A stretch of DNA of 64,000 bases from Bacillota bacterium (GTDB lineage: Bacteria; Bacillota; Sulfobacillia; UBA995): contig DATIKW010000039.1 of assembly GCA_035477115.1 (NCBI GenBank), positions 19,405 through 83,404 on the forward strand. Reading direction: 5' to 3'. Below the pieces are notes generated by a model. That model was given only the letters and a program-made list of their open reading frames with translations. It was not told the origin of the DNA and made no database searches. The translations under genes and the position numbers were made by a program. Below, piece after piece: positions 1 through 11,236 of this stretch (position 1 is its first letter; every line of letters begins with the position of its first letter).

Positions 1-2202
1 GACCCCCTGGTCGAGCAAGGCCTGATAGTGGCCGACCAGGATTTCCACCGGGTAACACATCTCGGTATCGAGGCGGCGCTTGCCTTCGAGCAGCGCCTGG
101 TCGGAGTTGATCGCCGAGACGACCACCCGCAGGCCGAGTTCTCTCAGGAAAGCCGCCCAGAACGGGTAGTGGTCGTAGAAGAGGCCAGCCCGGGCGACGC
201 CTACGGCGGGTCCGGTCTCGTTCACCTTGACCCGGGCAAGCAGGTCGTTACGGGCGGCGGCGAAGTCGGGCAGCCGATCCTGGCGGGCGGCCCGCCGGGT
301 CTCCAGTCCCGAGTAACGGCCGCAGCGGTCCCCGTAGAGGACGGTCGTGCCGTCGGCGAAGGTGAGGACGTCGAGCATGCAGTGGTGTCCGTGCTCGCAC
401 CGGGCGGAACACTTGCGCTGGCCGCGGGAGAACTGCCGCAACTGGTCAAGGCCGGGGAAGGCATTATCCCCCGCGATCCCCCGCCGGTGGAAATTCCGGG
501 CCATCAAGGCGCTGCCGAGGGCCCCGGTCAACTCGGGGGAGGGCGGCACGGTGATATCCTGCCCCACCTCGGCGGCCATCGCAGCGGCCAGGGCATGGTT
601 GCGGGCGGTGGCACCGGTGAAGATCACCCGGCCCTCCAGCGTCCGATTCTCCGCCGTCTTGCGCAGGTAGTTGCGGGCGGAGGAGTAGGCCAGGCTGGCC
701 AATTGCTCGGGCAGGGGGAGCCCCTGGGAGGCCGCCGAGGCCAGCGCCGACTGGGACAGGAGGGTGCAGATATCTCCCAGGTCCAAAGCATAGGCGGCGG
801 CGAAGGCCTGGGCGGAGAACTGGGTGGCGATGTCGATGCCCAGCAGGCCGGCCAGGTTCTCGAGGAAAGTGCCGGTACCCGCGGCGCACACCGGGTTCAT
901 GCGGTAGTCGTGAAGCACCCCGGCCTTGAGCTGCAGGAACTTGGAGTCCTCGCCGCCGATCTCGATGATCGCGAGGTCGTCGCTGCCGCCGCACAGGTAC
1001 TTGACTCCCTCGGCCTGGCAGGTGATCTCGTCCACCGCGTACTCCGCCCCGACGGTCTTCTGCGACAGGAAGCGGCCGGAACCGGTGGTGCAGGCGACGA
1101 TGGTGGAACCCGCCAGCCGCTCGCCGAACTGCTCCCGCACCCGGCGGATGAGTTCCAAGACCTGCAGGGCCGGGCGGCCCGCGGTAGGGAGGTAGATGCC
1201 GCCGATCAGCTTGCCCGTGCGGTCGAGGAGCACGCATTTGGTGGACACGGACCCGCAGTCCACCCCGAGGTACACGCAGGAGACATCTAGCTGGTCCGCC
1301 GCGCCCGTCAGGTCGGGCAAGTAGTGAACCCGGCCGGGGTCAAGGGGGGGCAGGGGACTGGTGGGGACGTAGGGGCGCGACAGGATGGCAGCGAAGTCGA
1401 TGTCTCTCAGGTCCACCTCCAAACCATCCCCCGCAGCGCCGAGGGCCACCAGATGCTCGTGATGGGGAGCGATGACCAGTCGGTCTTCCCCTATGCCCTC
1501 CCGCAGGAAGCGAAGGACGGCCGGATTGTTGGCCACTCCGCCGACGATGGCCACCCGGGCCCGGCCGAAGGCGCGGTTCTGAGCCACGCTGTGGAGCACC
1601 ATCTCCGCCAGTGTCCGGGCCAGCCCGGCGGCCACCGTGCTCTGCGTGGCCCCTTCGTTGATGGCGTGGGTCATATCCGACTTGGCGAAGATGGCGCACC
1701 GTCCGGAAATGCGGATCGGCGAGTCGGCGGTCAGCGCGAGTTCCGCCAACCCGCGGTCATCAAACCCCATGCGGGTGGCTTGTTGGTACCAGAAGGAGCC
1801 GCTGCCCGCCGCGCACTGGCCGTTGCGGTTGAAGAAGGTGGGGGTGCCCCCGGGGCCGATTTCGAGGTAGTACATGTTCTCATGACCGAGGGAGATGACG
1901 GCCTCGGCCGAGATGCCGGCAAGGGAAAGTCCTTGAGCCAGTGCCTCCATTTCCAGGACCGGACGGGCACCGAGTTCGCGGGCGAGCAAGTGGGCATTGG
2001 CGCCGGTGAGTCCGAGACGCACGCGCCCCGAAAGCTGGCCGCCGAACAGCTCGCGCAGGCACTCCCTGGCCGCTTCCACCGGCCGTCCGGCGGTGGGCAC
2101 GCTCGCCCGGCGTACTGCTTCCCCCGCGACCATCGTGCCCTTGACGGCGAACGTCCCCATGTCGAGTCCGACCGCCGGAAGATTTCCCTGCAGCGCAACC
2201 AT
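1..2202 (-). CDS. CoA-substrate-specific enzyme activase, partial. Two tandem BadF/BadG/BcrA/BcrD-type ATPase domains (2-hydroxyacyl-CoA dehydratase activator-like); the C-terminus lies beyond the 5' window edge.
   Basis: Own translation of the minus strand from ATG about 2202, preceded by GGAGGAGG: MVALQGNLPAVGLDMGTFAVKGTMVAGEAVRRASVPTAGRP.... A second acetate/sugar-kinase-like repeat follows (DCGSVSTKCVLLD...) and the frame stays open to position 1. It is absent from the ORF track because it has no in-window stop; the long plus-strand ORFs here are low-complexity antisense artefacts. Confidence 0.75.
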   Translation of the reverse strand, partial: MVALQGNLPAVGLDMGTFAVKGTMVAGEAVRRASVPTAGRPVEAARECLRELFGGQLSGRVRLGLTGANAHLLARELGARPVLEMEALAQGLSLAGISAEAVISLGHENMYYLEIGPGGTPTFFNRNGQCAAGSGSFWYQQATRMGFDDRGLAELALTADSPIRISGRCAIFAKSDMTHAINEGATQSTVAAGLARTLAEMVLHSVAQNRAFGRARVAIVGGVANNPAVLRFLREGIGEDRLVIAPHHEHLVALGAAGDGLEVDLRDIDFAAILSRPYVPTSPLPPLDPGRVHYLPDLTGAADQLDVSCVYLGVDCGSVSTKCVLLDRTGKLIGGIYLPTAGRPALQVLELIRRVREQFGERLAGSTIVACTTGSGRFLSQKTVGAEYAVDEITCQAEGVKYLCGGSDDLAIIEIGGEDSKFLQLKAGVLHDYRMNPVCAAGTGTFLENLAGLLGIDIATQFSAQAFAAAYALDLGDICTLLSQSALASAASQGLPLPEQLASLAYSSARNYLRKTAENRTLEGRVIFTGATARNHALAAAMAAEVGQDITVPPSPELTGALGSALMARNFHRRGIAGDNAFPGLDQLRQFSRGQRKCSARCEHGHHCMLDVLTFADGTTVLYGDRCGRYSGLETRRAARQDRLPDFAAARNDLLARVKVNETGPAVGVARAGLFYDHYPFWAAFLRELGLRVVVSAINSDQALLEGKRRLDTEMCYPVEILVGHYQALLDQGV

Positions 2203-2323
2203 GGCTGTTCCTCCTCCTGCCGGACTTCATTCGCCTCCGGCCTGAGCTTTCCCCTTGGCAGCAAAATGAACCGGAGGTGGCAATCGCGGATCTGGTCCAA
2301 GGGCGCAGGTAGAGGGGACCGGC

Positions 2324-3031
2324 TCACGCCCGCGAGGTTGCACCGCCCCACAGGGCGAGGATGGTCTCCGCCCCAGTGACCCGGTCACCTGGCCGGCACA
2401 GCACCGTTGCCCGCGCGTCGAAGATGACCAGGTCGACCTGGGAACCGCGATCGATGAAGGACAGCTTCTGGCCCGCCGTCACCTGATCGCCTTCCCTGAC
2501 GAAACAGGTGATGCGGTTCACGAAACGATCGCATATCTCCACCGCCGCCACCATTCGATCGCCTTGACGGAGCAAGATCGTATTGCGTTCGTTGACCAGA
2601 CGGTAGCGCGCAGCCAGGAGGTCTACCGCGCGACGCAGGTAAGTGAGTCGCAGGTAGTCAAGGAACCCCACCATCGGCAGGTTGACCCCGGTGGGCGTAT
2701 AGGCCACCCTCGTGACCTCTCCGGCGATCGGCGCATAGTTGAAATGTACATTCAGGGGGGACATGTACACGCCGACCAGCCAGCCGTCACCGCCCGCCGG
2801 CAGGGGCTGGCGAAGGATCTCCTCTACCCGGATGCGCCGGCCGGCTTTCTCGACTTCCACCTCGCCGTGATGAATGGGTCTGACGTACAACACGATCCCG
2901 TCGGCGGGGGAGATGATGGCATCGGCCTGAGCGGGCGGACGCCGCCGCGGGTCGCGGTAGAACCAGATGCGGCGCAAGAACAGGTGAAGCCCGAGCAGCC
3001 CCAGGAGCACCAGCCCAAGGTACTTGACCAT
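2324..3031 (-). CDS. psd: phosphatidylserine decarboxylase (short/archaeal-type proenzyme)
   Basis: MVKYLGLVLLGLLG... N-terminal TM segment, ...MSPLNVHFNYAPIAGEV... and the GS self-cleavage motif (FIDRGSQVDL). Trimmed from track ORF 2324..3214 to the ATG behind GAAGGGGGG. Confidence 0.85.
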   Translation of the reverse strand: MVKYLGLVLLGLLGLHLFLRRIWFYRDPRRRPPAQADAIISPADGIVLYVRPIHHGEVEVEKAGRRIRVEEILRQPLPAGGDGWLVGVYMSPLNVHFNYAPIAGEVTRVAYTPTGVNLPMVGFLDYLRLTYLRRAVDLLAARYRLVNERNTILLRQGDRMVAAVEICDRFVNRITCFVREGDQVTAGQKLSFIDRGSQVDLVIFDARATVLCRPGDRVTGAETILALWGGATSRA

Positions 3032-3044
3032 ACGCGGCCCCCCT

Positions 3045-4037
3045 TCACCACTCCTGCCAGGCTTTCCGCGCCTTGTAGGGCAGGCGAGGCAGGTAGTAGC
3101 CAAGCAGCCCGGCGACCACCCGGTCCGGTCGGACCCTGTACCGCGGCAGCCGGTCGGGCACCAGCGATCCCCCCCGGTAGGCGTTATCCAGTGCGCTGTA
3201 AGCGCCGGTGACACCGTGGCGGCGAACCAGGGTCACAATTGTCTCTGCCGGAGGCACGGCAAACAGCTCTTCATCGACGGGATGGATGTCGGCCAACTCC
3301 CGGTAGCGGGCGGCCAGTTCGCGGGTATAGCCGCAGGCAGCCGCTTGGTGCCGCAGTCGCGCGTATTCGTCGAGGTTGAGTTCCCGGTCAGGACCCCGCA
3401 TTGCCACCGCCAGGACGCACTCGATGAGGGTCTCAATGCGGCGCAGGTCCCAGGTGGGGTCGAACAGCCGGGCTTCCAGCGTCCCCAGCCGGCGCGCCAG
3501 GATGAGGTCCTGGAATCGGTAGTAGGGGTCGGCGCGCAGGCTACCCAGGGCATAGGAGTGGGCCAACCGATAAGACGTCCCCCAGCGGCTACCCTCCGAA
3601 TAGGGAGTGCTGGCGGTGAGCAGCGCGAGCAAGGGCAGGAATCGTGCCAGCCGGCGATAGGAGCGATGGGGGTCGGGTAGTCCTCCCAGATGCAGGTGCA
3701 GGCCGCAAGTCCTGGTGGCCGTCTCCCCCTGAACCAGGTGGCCGATCGCCACCAGCAGCGCTTGATCGCCACAAGCGGCGGCGAGCGCCCGGCGTCGCGC
3801 CGCGAGGTCGGCAACCAGCTCGGCGGGTGAAGAGCAGGGGTGGGTGGATACCTCCACCCCGCCCATTACTCCCCGCAGGACGTCTTCGCCCCGGGCGAAG
3901 TTGGAGTCGGTGTGCACGAAGTAGAATCGGGGGTCGGTCCAGAGCAGTCGGGCAAGGTAGTAAAGGGACTCGAGCGAGGGTTCGTCGGGCTGGGTCAGGA
4001 ATACTTCTTCCTCGAGGCCCAGCAGGATTCCCCGCAA
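3045..4037 (-). CDS. carboxylate-amine ligase, YbdK/GCS2 (glutamate-cysteine ligase family 2)-like
   Basis: Motif GLHLHLGG...RFLPLLALLTASTPYSEG matches E. coli YbdK GQHVHVGC...RFVPHFIALSAASPYMQG. 330-aa soluble protein. Confidence 0.7.
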   Translation of the reverse strand: MRGILLGLEEEVFLTQPDEPSLESLYYLARLLWTDPRFYFVHTDSNFARGEDVLRGVMGGVEVSTHPCSSPAELVADLAARRRALAAACGDQALLVAIGHLVQGETATRTCGLHLHLGGLPDPHRSYRRLARFLPLLALLTASTPYSEGSRWGTSYRLAHSYALGSLRADPYYRFQDLILARRLGTLEARLFDPTWDLRRIETLIECVLAVAMRGPDRELNLDEYARLRHQAAACGYTRELAARYRELADIHPVDEELFAVPPAETIVTLVRRHGVTGAYSALDNAYRGGSLVPDRLPRYRVRPDRVVAGLLGYYLPRLPYKARKAWQEW

Positions 4038-4137
4038 GCGTCACCCCTCCCCTCACCGGCAGACCGCTGCTTCGCCCCGAACCTGGCTGACTCCTGTTCG
4101 CCGCGGGGTGGATTGCCGGTCGCACCGCTCGCATAGC

Positions 4138-4410
4138 ATGGGGCCGGGAGGGATCGGGGTGGATCTCGAACTGGTGGCCGGAGTGTCGGCGGTGGCGCTG
4201 ATCATGTCCCTGGTGCAACTCGCCAAACAGGCGCAGTTGCTGCCCAGCCGATGGGCGGGACTCGCGGCGGTGGGGCTGGGGCTGATCCTGAGCCTGACCT
4301 GGACCGCCTACCAGGATGCGCCCTTGTTTCGGGGCACAATCACCGGTCTGGCGCTGGGCCTATCCGCGGCGGGGCTCTGGTCTACCGGCAAGAACGTCTA
4401 CCGCGGCTGA
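4138..4410 (+). CDS. small hydrophobic membrane protein (2 predicted TM segments), hypothetical
   Basis: Track ORF 4108..4410; internal ATG at 4138 (MGPGGIGVDLELVAGVSAVALIMSLV...GLAAVGLGLILSLTW...GLALGLSAAGLW). It is the only plausible plus-strand gene in a minus-strand block; composition is hydrophobic rather than antisense-like. Confidence 0.3.
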   Translation: MGPGGIGVDLELVAGVSAVALIMSLVQLAKQAQLLPSRWAGLAAVGLGLILSLTWTAYQDAPLFRGTITGLALGLSAAGLWSTGKNVYRG

Positions 4411-4532
4411 ACGGCGGCAATGATCCGCCCCGGCCCCGTCGCCGAGGATGGCACCCTGAGGCCGCCGAGTGCGGGCCGTTGCCCGAGGCCGCCGCTTTCA
4501 CGCCCCGTGCCGTCCCCCGGGCCATGCGGGTA

Positions 4533-5231
4533 TCACCGCACTTTGCCTACCGGGAGCAGCAGCAGGACCTCCTCGCCGATGCCCAGGACTTCGGCGACCT
4601 GGCGATCATGGAAGGCACCCACCACCACCGTCCCAAGCCCCAGCGTTTGCGCGGCCAGGCACAGGTTCTGGGCCAAGTGGCCGGCTTCCATGTACACATA
4701 GCGCACTCCCCGCTCGCCGTAGCGGGCGGTGGTCCGGGCGAAGACGGCCGTGACCACCATGGTCGCCGGGGCATTCCTGACCCACTCTTGGTCGAGGGCG
4801 GCCCGGGCGACTTCGGCCCGCACATCGCCGCCCCTCACCCGAATCAAGGCGTGATCTTCACGGTGGTAGCGATACACCCCAGGCTCGATCTCGCCTTCAC
4901 CCATCACTACATACAGTTCCAAGGGGTGGGTGGCTCCGGCCGATGGGGCATGCCGGGTGGCGCCGGTCACGGCGTCGGCCGGGCCGGCCGCCGACCACAA
5001 GAGCTGCCCTATCTGGGCGAGAGAAAGCCCTCCGGGGCGGTAAACCCTCACCGAGCCCCGCGCCGCCAGCGCATCGAGCAGCGCCATCCCTCCCCGGGTC
5101 TCCGGGGCCGGCAGCATCACCCGGTCAGGTCCCGGGACGGGCTGAGCCGATATTTCGGGCTCCCGGGGAGGGCACCCGGGGATCATGAGCAAGAACAGAA
5201 GTAGAGCGATGGTAATCGGAACCCGCATCAT
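4533..5231 (-). CDS. nitroreductase-family (SagB-type dehydrogenase-like) protein with lipoprotein signal peptide
   Basis: MMRVPITIALLLFLLMIPGC lipobox, then a nitroreductase fold (ATHPLELYVV...YVYMEAGHLAQNLCLAAQTLGLGTVVVGAF). Start ATGATG sits behind GGGAGG and forms a 4-bp overlap with the upstream gene's stop. Confidence 0.7.
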   Translation of the reverse strand: MMRVPITIALLLFLLMIPGCPPREPEISAQPVPGPDRVMLPAPETRGGMALLDALAARGSVRVYRPGGLSLAQIGQLLWSAAGPADAVTGATRHAPSAGATHPLELYVVMGEGEIEPGVYRYHREDHALIRVRGGDVRAEVARAALDQEWVRNAPATMVVTAVFARTTARYGERGVRYVYMEAGHLAQNLCLAAQTLGLGTVVVGAFHDRQVAEVLGIGEEVLLLLPVGKVR

Positions 5232-5755
5232 GGGCGCCTCCCGCTGCAACCATAGTCCCGCCCCTTCGGGTCTGTCCGTGCGCTGCCCGGGATAAACGCT
5301 TCCTGCCCGCAGCCGCCGCCCGGGTGACGGGCGACGCGGTAGGTGGGCGGCGGCAGGCGGCGGGCGACCTGGCGTGCTCCCCGCCAGGCGACGACCAGCC
5401 CCAGCCCCATTCCTGCCGCCGCCCCGAGGTCGGATCCGGCCAGCCAGTACCCGGCGAGCGCACCGGCCATGGCTCCAAGCAACGGCAAACCGAAAGCCAG
5501 GAGCCAGCCCCGCGTCAAATGGCGGCCATCGATGGTAACCAGCACCGCATCGCCGGGAGCGAGGCCGGGCTCCTCCGCTATCCCCTCCACTTCCCGCCAA
5601 CCGGCAGCCGGCAGCAACTGGAAATCCACTCCCCCGGGGCAGGGGCCGCCGCGCCCGCATGCCCGGTCGCGCTGAACCCGCACCCGCACCCTCGTGCCCT
5701 GCACGGCCACGACGCACCCGGCCGCCGCCACCTCACCGCCCCGCTCCTTGACCAT
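5228..5755 (-). CDS. RseC/MucC-family protein (SoxR-reducing system RseC-like; Cys-rich N-domain plus 2 TM segments)
   Basis: MVKERGGEVAAAGCVVAVQGTRVRVRVQRDRACGRGGPCPGG, then two hydrophobic helices. Architecture typical of PF04246. Confidence 0.6.
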   Translation of the reverse strand: MVKERGGEVAAAGCVVAVQGTRVRVRVQRDRACGRGGPCPGGVDFQLLPAAGWREVEGIAEEPGLAPGDAVLVTIDGRHLTRGWLLAFGLPLLGAMAGALAGYWLAGSDLGAAAGMGLGLVVAWRGARQVARRLPPPTYRVARHPGGGCGQEAFIPGSARTDPKGRDYGCSGRRP

Positions 5756-5775
5756 CGGCAATCCGTCCTCCCCGC

Positions 5776-7122
5776 TCAGTTGCCGCCAACCACCCTGAGT
5801 CTTTCGACGCGGACGGTCGGCGATCCGAGGTTCCCGAACCAGGTGAGGTCGGTGCCCACGCCGGTGATCCGCGCCAACAGGTCGCGTAGATTGCCGCAGA
5901 TGGTGAAGGGATCAAGCGACTCCGACAGTTGCCCGTGACGGATGCGACGCCCGGAGGCGGCTATCGAGAAGTCGCCCGTAATCCCGCTGACTCCGCCCGT
6001 GTCGGTGAAGGACACTACTTCTATCCCGTAGTCGACCGAGGACAGCAGCTTTCCTGGTGGGGTATCGCCGGCGGCGAGATAGGCATTCGACGGAGCTTGG
6101 CGCGGCGGACTTCGGTATCCCGGACGGCTGGCATTGCCGGTCGAGGGCACCCCTGCCCGCCTTGCGGAACGCAAGTCGTGGTAGTGTCCGCACAGCACTC
6201 CGTCGGTTATCAGTCGAGTGGTCTGGCGGGGCACGCCCTCTCCATCGACCGGCGAACTGCCGGGACGGCCGTCCAATCGCCCGTCATCGATGAGATTGAC
6301 CAGGGAAGACGCGACCTCCTGCCCCTGTTTGCCGACGAACATCGACTGCCCGAGTTGGACGGCCTCGCCGCTGAGGGCGGAGATCACCGCGTACAGGAAG
6401 CTCAGCGCCGCCCAAGGCTTGAATACGAGCGTGACCTCGTCAGTCTCCGGGGGGATGCCGTCAGCGGCGATGGCCGCCCGTCTCGCCGCCTCGCGGCCTA
6501 CTTGCCGCTTGCGAATGGGTTTCAAAGTCCTCTCTTCGACCACGCCCTCGCCCATGCTGCCCTTGGTCCTCCCGGTGGCCGTGCAGAAGACGATTATGCG
6601 ACACAGGGTGCCCGGATATGCCTGGTCAAGACCCCGGCTGTTCACGATGCGGGTGGTGGTCACGGCATCCTCGTAACGGGAGAAGATCACCGACTTGACA
6701 CGGGGATCGGCAGACAGGCAGTCCTTTTCCTCCGCCCGGGCCATGGCTAGCTTGGCGCCCACCTTCAGCCTCGCGAGTTCCGGATCCCAGATGCTGGGCG
6801 ATTCAGGGGCGGGCATGACTTCGCCAAGTCCGGCATACTCATCGGGCGTGGCCGCGCGGGCGGCGGCATCCGACCGCTCGAGCAGACCGTCCAGAGCATC
6901 GCTTTCCATGCTGGCAGCGAACGAGAAGCCGGTGGCCCCGTCCCGCAGTATGCGCAGGGCGACTCCGACCTCATGCGCGTGACCGAGTTCTTCGACCCGT
7001 CCTCCGCTCACTTCCACGCGGGTCCGCCTGGCCGTCTCGACCACCACTTCCGCCTGTTCGATCCCCCGCCGCCCGGCAGCCTCCAGGAGGTACTCCGGAG
7101 CCTCGATCGCGGACAGCCTCAC
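5776..7122 (-). CDS. pmbA: TldE/PmbA-family metallopeptidase
   Basis: 448-aa TldD/PmbA fold; partner of the adjacent tldD, with which it overlaps by 4 bp. Confidence 0.85.
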   Translation of the reverse strand: MRLSAIEAPEYLLEAAGRRGIEQAEVVVETARRTRVEVSGGRVEELGHAHEVGVALRILRDGATGFSFAASMESDALDGLLERSDAAARAATPDEYAGLGEVMPAPESPSIWDPELARLKVGAKLAMARAEEKDCLSADPRVKSVIFSRYEDAVTTTRIVNSRGLDQAYPGTLCRIIVFCTATGRTKGSMGEGVVEERTLKPIRKRQVGREAARRAAIAADGIPPETDEVTLVFKPWAALSFLYAVISALSGEAVQLGQSMFVGKQGQEVASSLVNLIDDGRLDGRPGSSPVDGEGVPRQTTRLITDGVLCGHYHDLRSARRAGVPSTGNASRPGYRSPPRQAPSNAYLAAGDTPPGKLLSSVDYGIEVVSFTDTGGVSGITGDFSIAASGRRIRHGQLSESLDPFTICGNLRDLLARITGVGTDLTWFGNLGSPTVRVERLRVVGGN

Positions 7123-8537
7123 GATCCCGTCCCTCCCACCATCATCGCCCGAATCCGCACGGTAGGTTGGCCGAAGCTGACGCAGGCGGACTGGAGCTTT
7201 CCGCAGCGGCCGCTACCCCCCGGGTCCAGGTCGAAGTCATCGCCCACGGCATCGATGTTGAAGAGTACCTCCCGCCCATTGCCCACCAGGGTGCAACAGC
7301 GGACGGGCTCGGCCACACGCCCGTCGCGGATCAGGAAAGCCTCGGGGGCGGAGAAGACGAACTCGGCCCCCGCCACGTCTCCGCGCCCTCCCCCGATCCG
7401 CTTGACGTATAACCCGTGCGCGACCCCGCCGATGACGTCAGCCGGAGGGGTGGTCCCCCGGTCGATGTAAGTGACGGTCATGCGGGGGATGGGCACGGCC
7501 CGGAAGTCCTCGCGCCGGCCGTTGCCCGTAGGTTCCCGCCTACCCTCGCGGGCGGTGAGGAGGCTCTCCATGTAGCCAAGCAGCAAGCCCTGATCGATCA
7601 GTACATTGCGCCGGCAAGGTGTGCCCTCGTCGTCGATCTGCCCCGAGCCGGAACGGCCGGGCATGGTACCATCGTCGACCACGCTCACCAGGTGGCTGGC
7701 TACCGGCTGACCTATCTTGCCGGCATACATCGAGGCTCCCCTGTTGACCAGATCGGCTTCCAGCGCATGGCCTATGGCCTCATGGATCAGCACGCCGCCA
7801 TGGCCGGGACCGATCACCACCGGCAGTACCCCGGAGGGCGGGCGCGCGGCATCCAGCATCTGGACCGCCGCCTCGGCCGCCTCCCGGGCCAGCAGTTCAG
7901 GCGATGTCTCCTGGAAGACAGTCAGGTCCACCTGGCCTCCTCTGGCCCGCGATGCCACCTGTCGATCGCCGTCCCGTGCGGCCGTCACCGTGACGCGGAA
8001 TTCCATCATCGGACGAAAGTCGCCCGCCCACAGTCCCTCAGAGTTGGCGATCAGGACCGTCTGGGCGAAATCGCTATAGCGGATGTCCACCTGGACGATG
8101 TGCGGGCTGAAGGACCGCGCCGCCTCGTTGCTTCGGCGGACGAGGTCCAGCTTGTCGGATATCGGGGCGTCGGCCGCGGTTGGCATGACCCTAGCGGCCG
8201 CCGATTCGCCTTCCATCCGGATGGCCGGCCGCCTGCCCGGAAAGCGGCGCCGCGCCACCGTCGCGGCGGCTAGGGCCGCCCGCGCCAGACCCTCGGGCGT
8301 GAGGTCGGTGGTGTATGCATAGCCCGTACTCCCATCGGCCATCACGCGCACACCTGCTCCGCGGTCATCCCCGACTACCACCGACTCGATGCGGTCCTCC
8401 GTGAACCTGACCGAGGTGGAGCTGCGTTCCTCGAAGAAGATCTCCGCGAAATGCCCCCCTCTCGCCAGGGCCCGTTCAAGCACTCTCGCCACCGCGCCCC
8501 GGTCAAGAGGGAAGCACGCGTTCCTCAAACCCAGCAC
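7119..8537 (-). CDS. tldD: TldD metallopeptidase
   Basis: HEAIGH zinc motif and the ...[15 protein letters not shown]... region typical of TldD. Confidence 0.9.
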   Translation of the reverse strand: MLGLRNACFPLDRGAVARVLERALARGGHFAEIFFEERSSTSVRFTEDRIESVVVGDDRGAGVRVMADGSTGYAYTTDLTPEGLARAALAAATVARRRFPGRRPAIRMEGESAAARVMPTAADAPISDKLDLVRRSNEAARSFSPHIVQVDIRYSDFAQTVLIANSEGLWAGDFRPMMEFRVTVTAARDGDRQVASRARGGQVDLTVFQETSPELLAREAAEAAVQMLDAARPPSGVLPVVIGPGHGGVLIHEAIGHALEADLVNRGASMYAGKIGQPVASHLVSVVDDGTMPGRSGSGQIDDEGTPCRRNVLIDQGLLLGYMESLLTAREGRREPTGNGRREDFRAVPIPRMTVTYIDRGTTPPADVIGGVAHGLYVKRIGGGRGDVAGAEFVFSAPEAFLIRDGRVAEPVRCCTLVGNGREVLFNIDAVGDDFDLDPGGSGRCGKLQSACVSFGQPTVRIRAMMVGGTGS

Positions 8538-8737
8538 CTCCCGACTCCGGCCTTGGGACTGGTTAGAGTGGGACGGCGTTGTTCTATTATTCGCCGCCGA
8601 CGATGGCTCCGCCTTCCTCTAGCGCCATTGTTTGGGGTCAATCTGGGCACGGCTCCCTGGCAGGTAACCGATATCTCGGGTTAGAATGGGGTGACGCGAC
8701 CGAAAACGAGGTCCGGAGAGGTGGAGGATGGTCGGAC

Positions 8738-11236
8738 ATGAATGAGAGCCAGCCAACGATCCCGGCGGAGGAGCGGGAGACGATCCTTTCAATCACGGGC
8801 ATGAGTTGCGCCGCGTGCGCTCAGAGCGTGCAGGCTGCTCTGCTCAAGGTAGCCGGGGTCCGCTCGGCGACCGTGAACTTCGCCACCGGGCGCGCCTACG
8901 TCCACCACGATCCCGACCGCGCCGGTCTGGATAACCTGAAACGGGCGGTGGCCGCCGCCGGCTACCGCGTGGAGCAGGAGACGGCCACGGCGGTGTTGCC
9001 CATCGAGGGGATGACTTGCGCCGCCTGTTCGAGCGCCATCACCCTCAGCCTTGAGCGGACGCCCGGCGTCCACGAAGCTTCGGTCAACCTGGCGACGGCC
9101 CGGGCCACCGTCGTATACGACCCGGAACGCACCGACCTGCCGGCACTGCGGCGGGCGGTGGAGGCCGTCGGTTATCGGGTCAAAGAAGGGGAGGAACTGC
9201 GCCGGACTGACCGTCAGGAGGCCGAGCGCCGGGAGTTCAGCCTGGCCCGTCGCCGACTGCTGCTGGCGTGGGCGCTCACCATCCCGATCATCCTGTGGAT
9301 GATCCCCGATTTCTTCCTGCACCATGTCCCCTTCGGCCACCGGGCCATGAACCTGGGCATGATCTTCCTGGGAGCCCCGGTGCTGTTCGGCGCTGGCCTC
9401 GCCACCTACCGCTCGGCGGCCAACGCCCTCGCCCACCGGAACGCCAACATGGACGTGTTGATTGCCATGGGCACGCTGGCGGCTTTCGCCACCGGTCCCG
9501 CCTCCTTCGCCTTCCCCATCGCCAACTACGCGGGGGTTGCGGCGATGATCATGGCCGTGCACCTCACCGGTCGTTACTTTGAAGCCCGGGCAAGGGGGAA
9601 AGCCTCGGACGCAATCCGCAAGTTGCTCCAGCTCGAGGCGGACACCGCCAACCTGCTGGTGGATGGCGATGAGGTAGCCGTGCCCATCGAACAGGTGCAG
9701 GTGGGTGACGTGATGGTCGTGCGGCCCGGGGAGAAGATCCCGACCGACGGGGTGGTCCTCGAGGGGTTGAGCACGGTCGACGAGTCGATGGCGACGGGAG
9801 AGTCGCTGCCCGTGTCCCGTGGTCCCGGAGACGAGGTGATCGGCGCGACCATCAACCAACAGGGCATGTTGAAGATCCGGGCCGTCCGGGTGGGCCGCGA
9901 TACTTTCCTGGCGCAGGTCATCCGGCTGGTAGAACAAGCTCAGGGGACGCGGGTGCCCATCCAGGAGTTCGCCGACCGGGTCACGGCAGCCTTTGTGCCG
10001 GTGGTACTGGCTATCGCCGGACTGACCTTCGCCGCCTGGCTGCTGCTCCCCGATCGGCTGCACCGGGTGGTCGTTGCCGCCGCGCCGTTCATCCCCTGGG
10101 TCGATCCCGGACTTGACCCGATCACCCAGGCCATCGCCGCCACCGTGGCCGTGCTGGTCATCGCTTGCCCGTGCGCGTTGGGCCTGGCCACACCCACGGC
10201 GCTGATGGTGGGCAGCGGCCTCGGCGCCGAGAACGGAGTGCTGATTCGCCATGGAGCGGCAATCCAACTCCTGCAAGAAGCCCGGACCATCGTCTTCGAC
10301 AAGACGGGCACGTTGACTACCGGCCGTCCTGGGGTCACGGCCATCGAACCCCTGGGGGGTTTCGACTACCGGGAGTTGCTCCGGCTGGCCGCCGGGGCCG
10401 AACAGGGTTCGGAGCACCCCCTGGGTCGGGCCATGGTGGAGCGAGCCCGGCAAGAGCCTGACCTCGTCATCCCCCCGGTGGATCACTTTGAAGCGGTGGT
10501 GGGCAAGGGGGTGCGCGCCCGGGTGGAGGGACGGGAGGTGGTCCTCGGCACCCGCAGCTTGTTACGGGAAGCGGGGATCGACCCCGAACCGCTGGAAGAG
10601 GCGGCCAGGCGCCTTGAGGAAGAGGGCAACACGGCGGCACTGGTGGGCGTGGACGGAAGCCCGGCCGGAGTCATCGCTCTGGCCGACACCATCAAGGAGG
10701 ACGCTTCGCGCGCCATAGCCGAGCTTTCGCGGCTGGGTTACCGGACCAGCATGCTGACCGGAGACAATCGCCGCACCGCCGAGGCCATAGCGCGCAAGGC
10801 AGGGATCGGCAGGGTGCTGGCGGAGGTCCTCCCCGGCGACAAGGCGGCCGAGATCCGGCGGCTGCAGGCGGCCGGCGAGCGGGTGGTGATGGTGGGCGAC
10901 GGCATCAACGACGCGCCCGCTCTCACCCAGGCGGATGTAGGCGTGGCGCTGGGGACGGGCACCGACATCGCCATCGAGTCGGCGGCGGTGACGCTGGTGC
11001 GGGGCGACCTGGCGGCGGTGGTGACCGCCATCAACGTCTCGCGGCACACGTTCCGCAAGATCCGCGAGAACCTCTTCTGGGCGTCTTTCTATAACCTGGT
11101 CGCTATACCCCTGGCGGTACTGGGCCTGATGCACCCGGTGATCGCGGAGATCGCCATGGCGACCAGTTCCATCAGCGTGGTCGCCAATGCCAACCGGCTG
11201 CGGGGAGTACGGGTGCGACCGGACTTCACGCCCTGA
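8738..11236 (+). CDS. copA: copper-translocating P1B-type ATPase with two N-terminal HMA domains
   Basis: [11 protein letters not shown] and [11 protein letters not shown] metal-binding motifs, the CPC transmembrane motif ([13 protein letters not shown]), DKTGTLT phosphorylation site and GDGINDAP. Start trimmed to the ATG at 8738 behind GGAGAGGTGGAGG. Confidence 0.9.
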   Translation: MNESQPTIPAEERETILSITGMSCAACAQSVQAALLKVAGVRSATVNFATGRAYVHHDPDRAGLDNLKRAVAAAGYRVEQETATAVLPIEGMTCAACSSAITLSLERTPGVHEASVNLATARATVVYDPERTDLPALRRAVEAVGYRVKEGEELRRTDRQEAERREFSLARRRLLLAWALTIPIILWMIPDFFLHHVPFGHRAMNLGMIFLGAPVLFGAGLATYRSAANALAHRNANMDVLIAMGTLAAFATGPASFAFPIANYAGVAAMIMAVHLTGRYFEARARGKASDAIRKLLQLEADTANLLVDGDEVAVPIEQVQVGDVMVVRPGEKIPTDGVVLEGLSTVDESMATGESLPVSRGPGDEVIGATINQQGMLKIRAVRVGRDTFLAQVIRLVEQAQGTRVPIQEFADRVTAAFVPVVLAIAGLTFAAWLLLPDRLHRVVVAAAPFIPWVDPGLDPITQAIAATVAVLVIACPCALGLATPTALMVGSGLGAENGVLIRHGAAIQLLQEARTIVFDKTGTLTTGRPGVTAIEPLGGFDYRELLRLAAGAEQGSEHPLGRAMVERARQEPDLVIPPVDHFEAVVGKGVRARVEGREVVLGTRSLLREAGIDPEPLEEAARRLEEEGNTAALVGVDGSPAGVIALADTIKEDASRAIAELSRLGYRTSMLTGDNRRTAEAIARKAGIGRVLAEVLPGDKAAEIRRLQAAGERVVMVGDGINDAPALTQADVGVALGTGTDIAIESAAVTLVRGDLAAVVTAINVSRHTFRKIRENLFWASFYNLVAIPLAVLGLMHPVIAEIAMATSSISVVANANRLRGVRVRPDFTP

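Noticed and set aside
28-1290. 420-aa plus-strand ORF, and other long plus/minus ORFs over 1-2400 (464..1237, 1324..2379, 1731..2351)
   Set aside because: Translations are low-complexity G/R/A/P/D-rich strings typical of out-of-frame or antisense reading in GC-rich DNA. The third minus frame, not listed in the track because it runs off the edge, encodes a clearly recognisable tandem activase.
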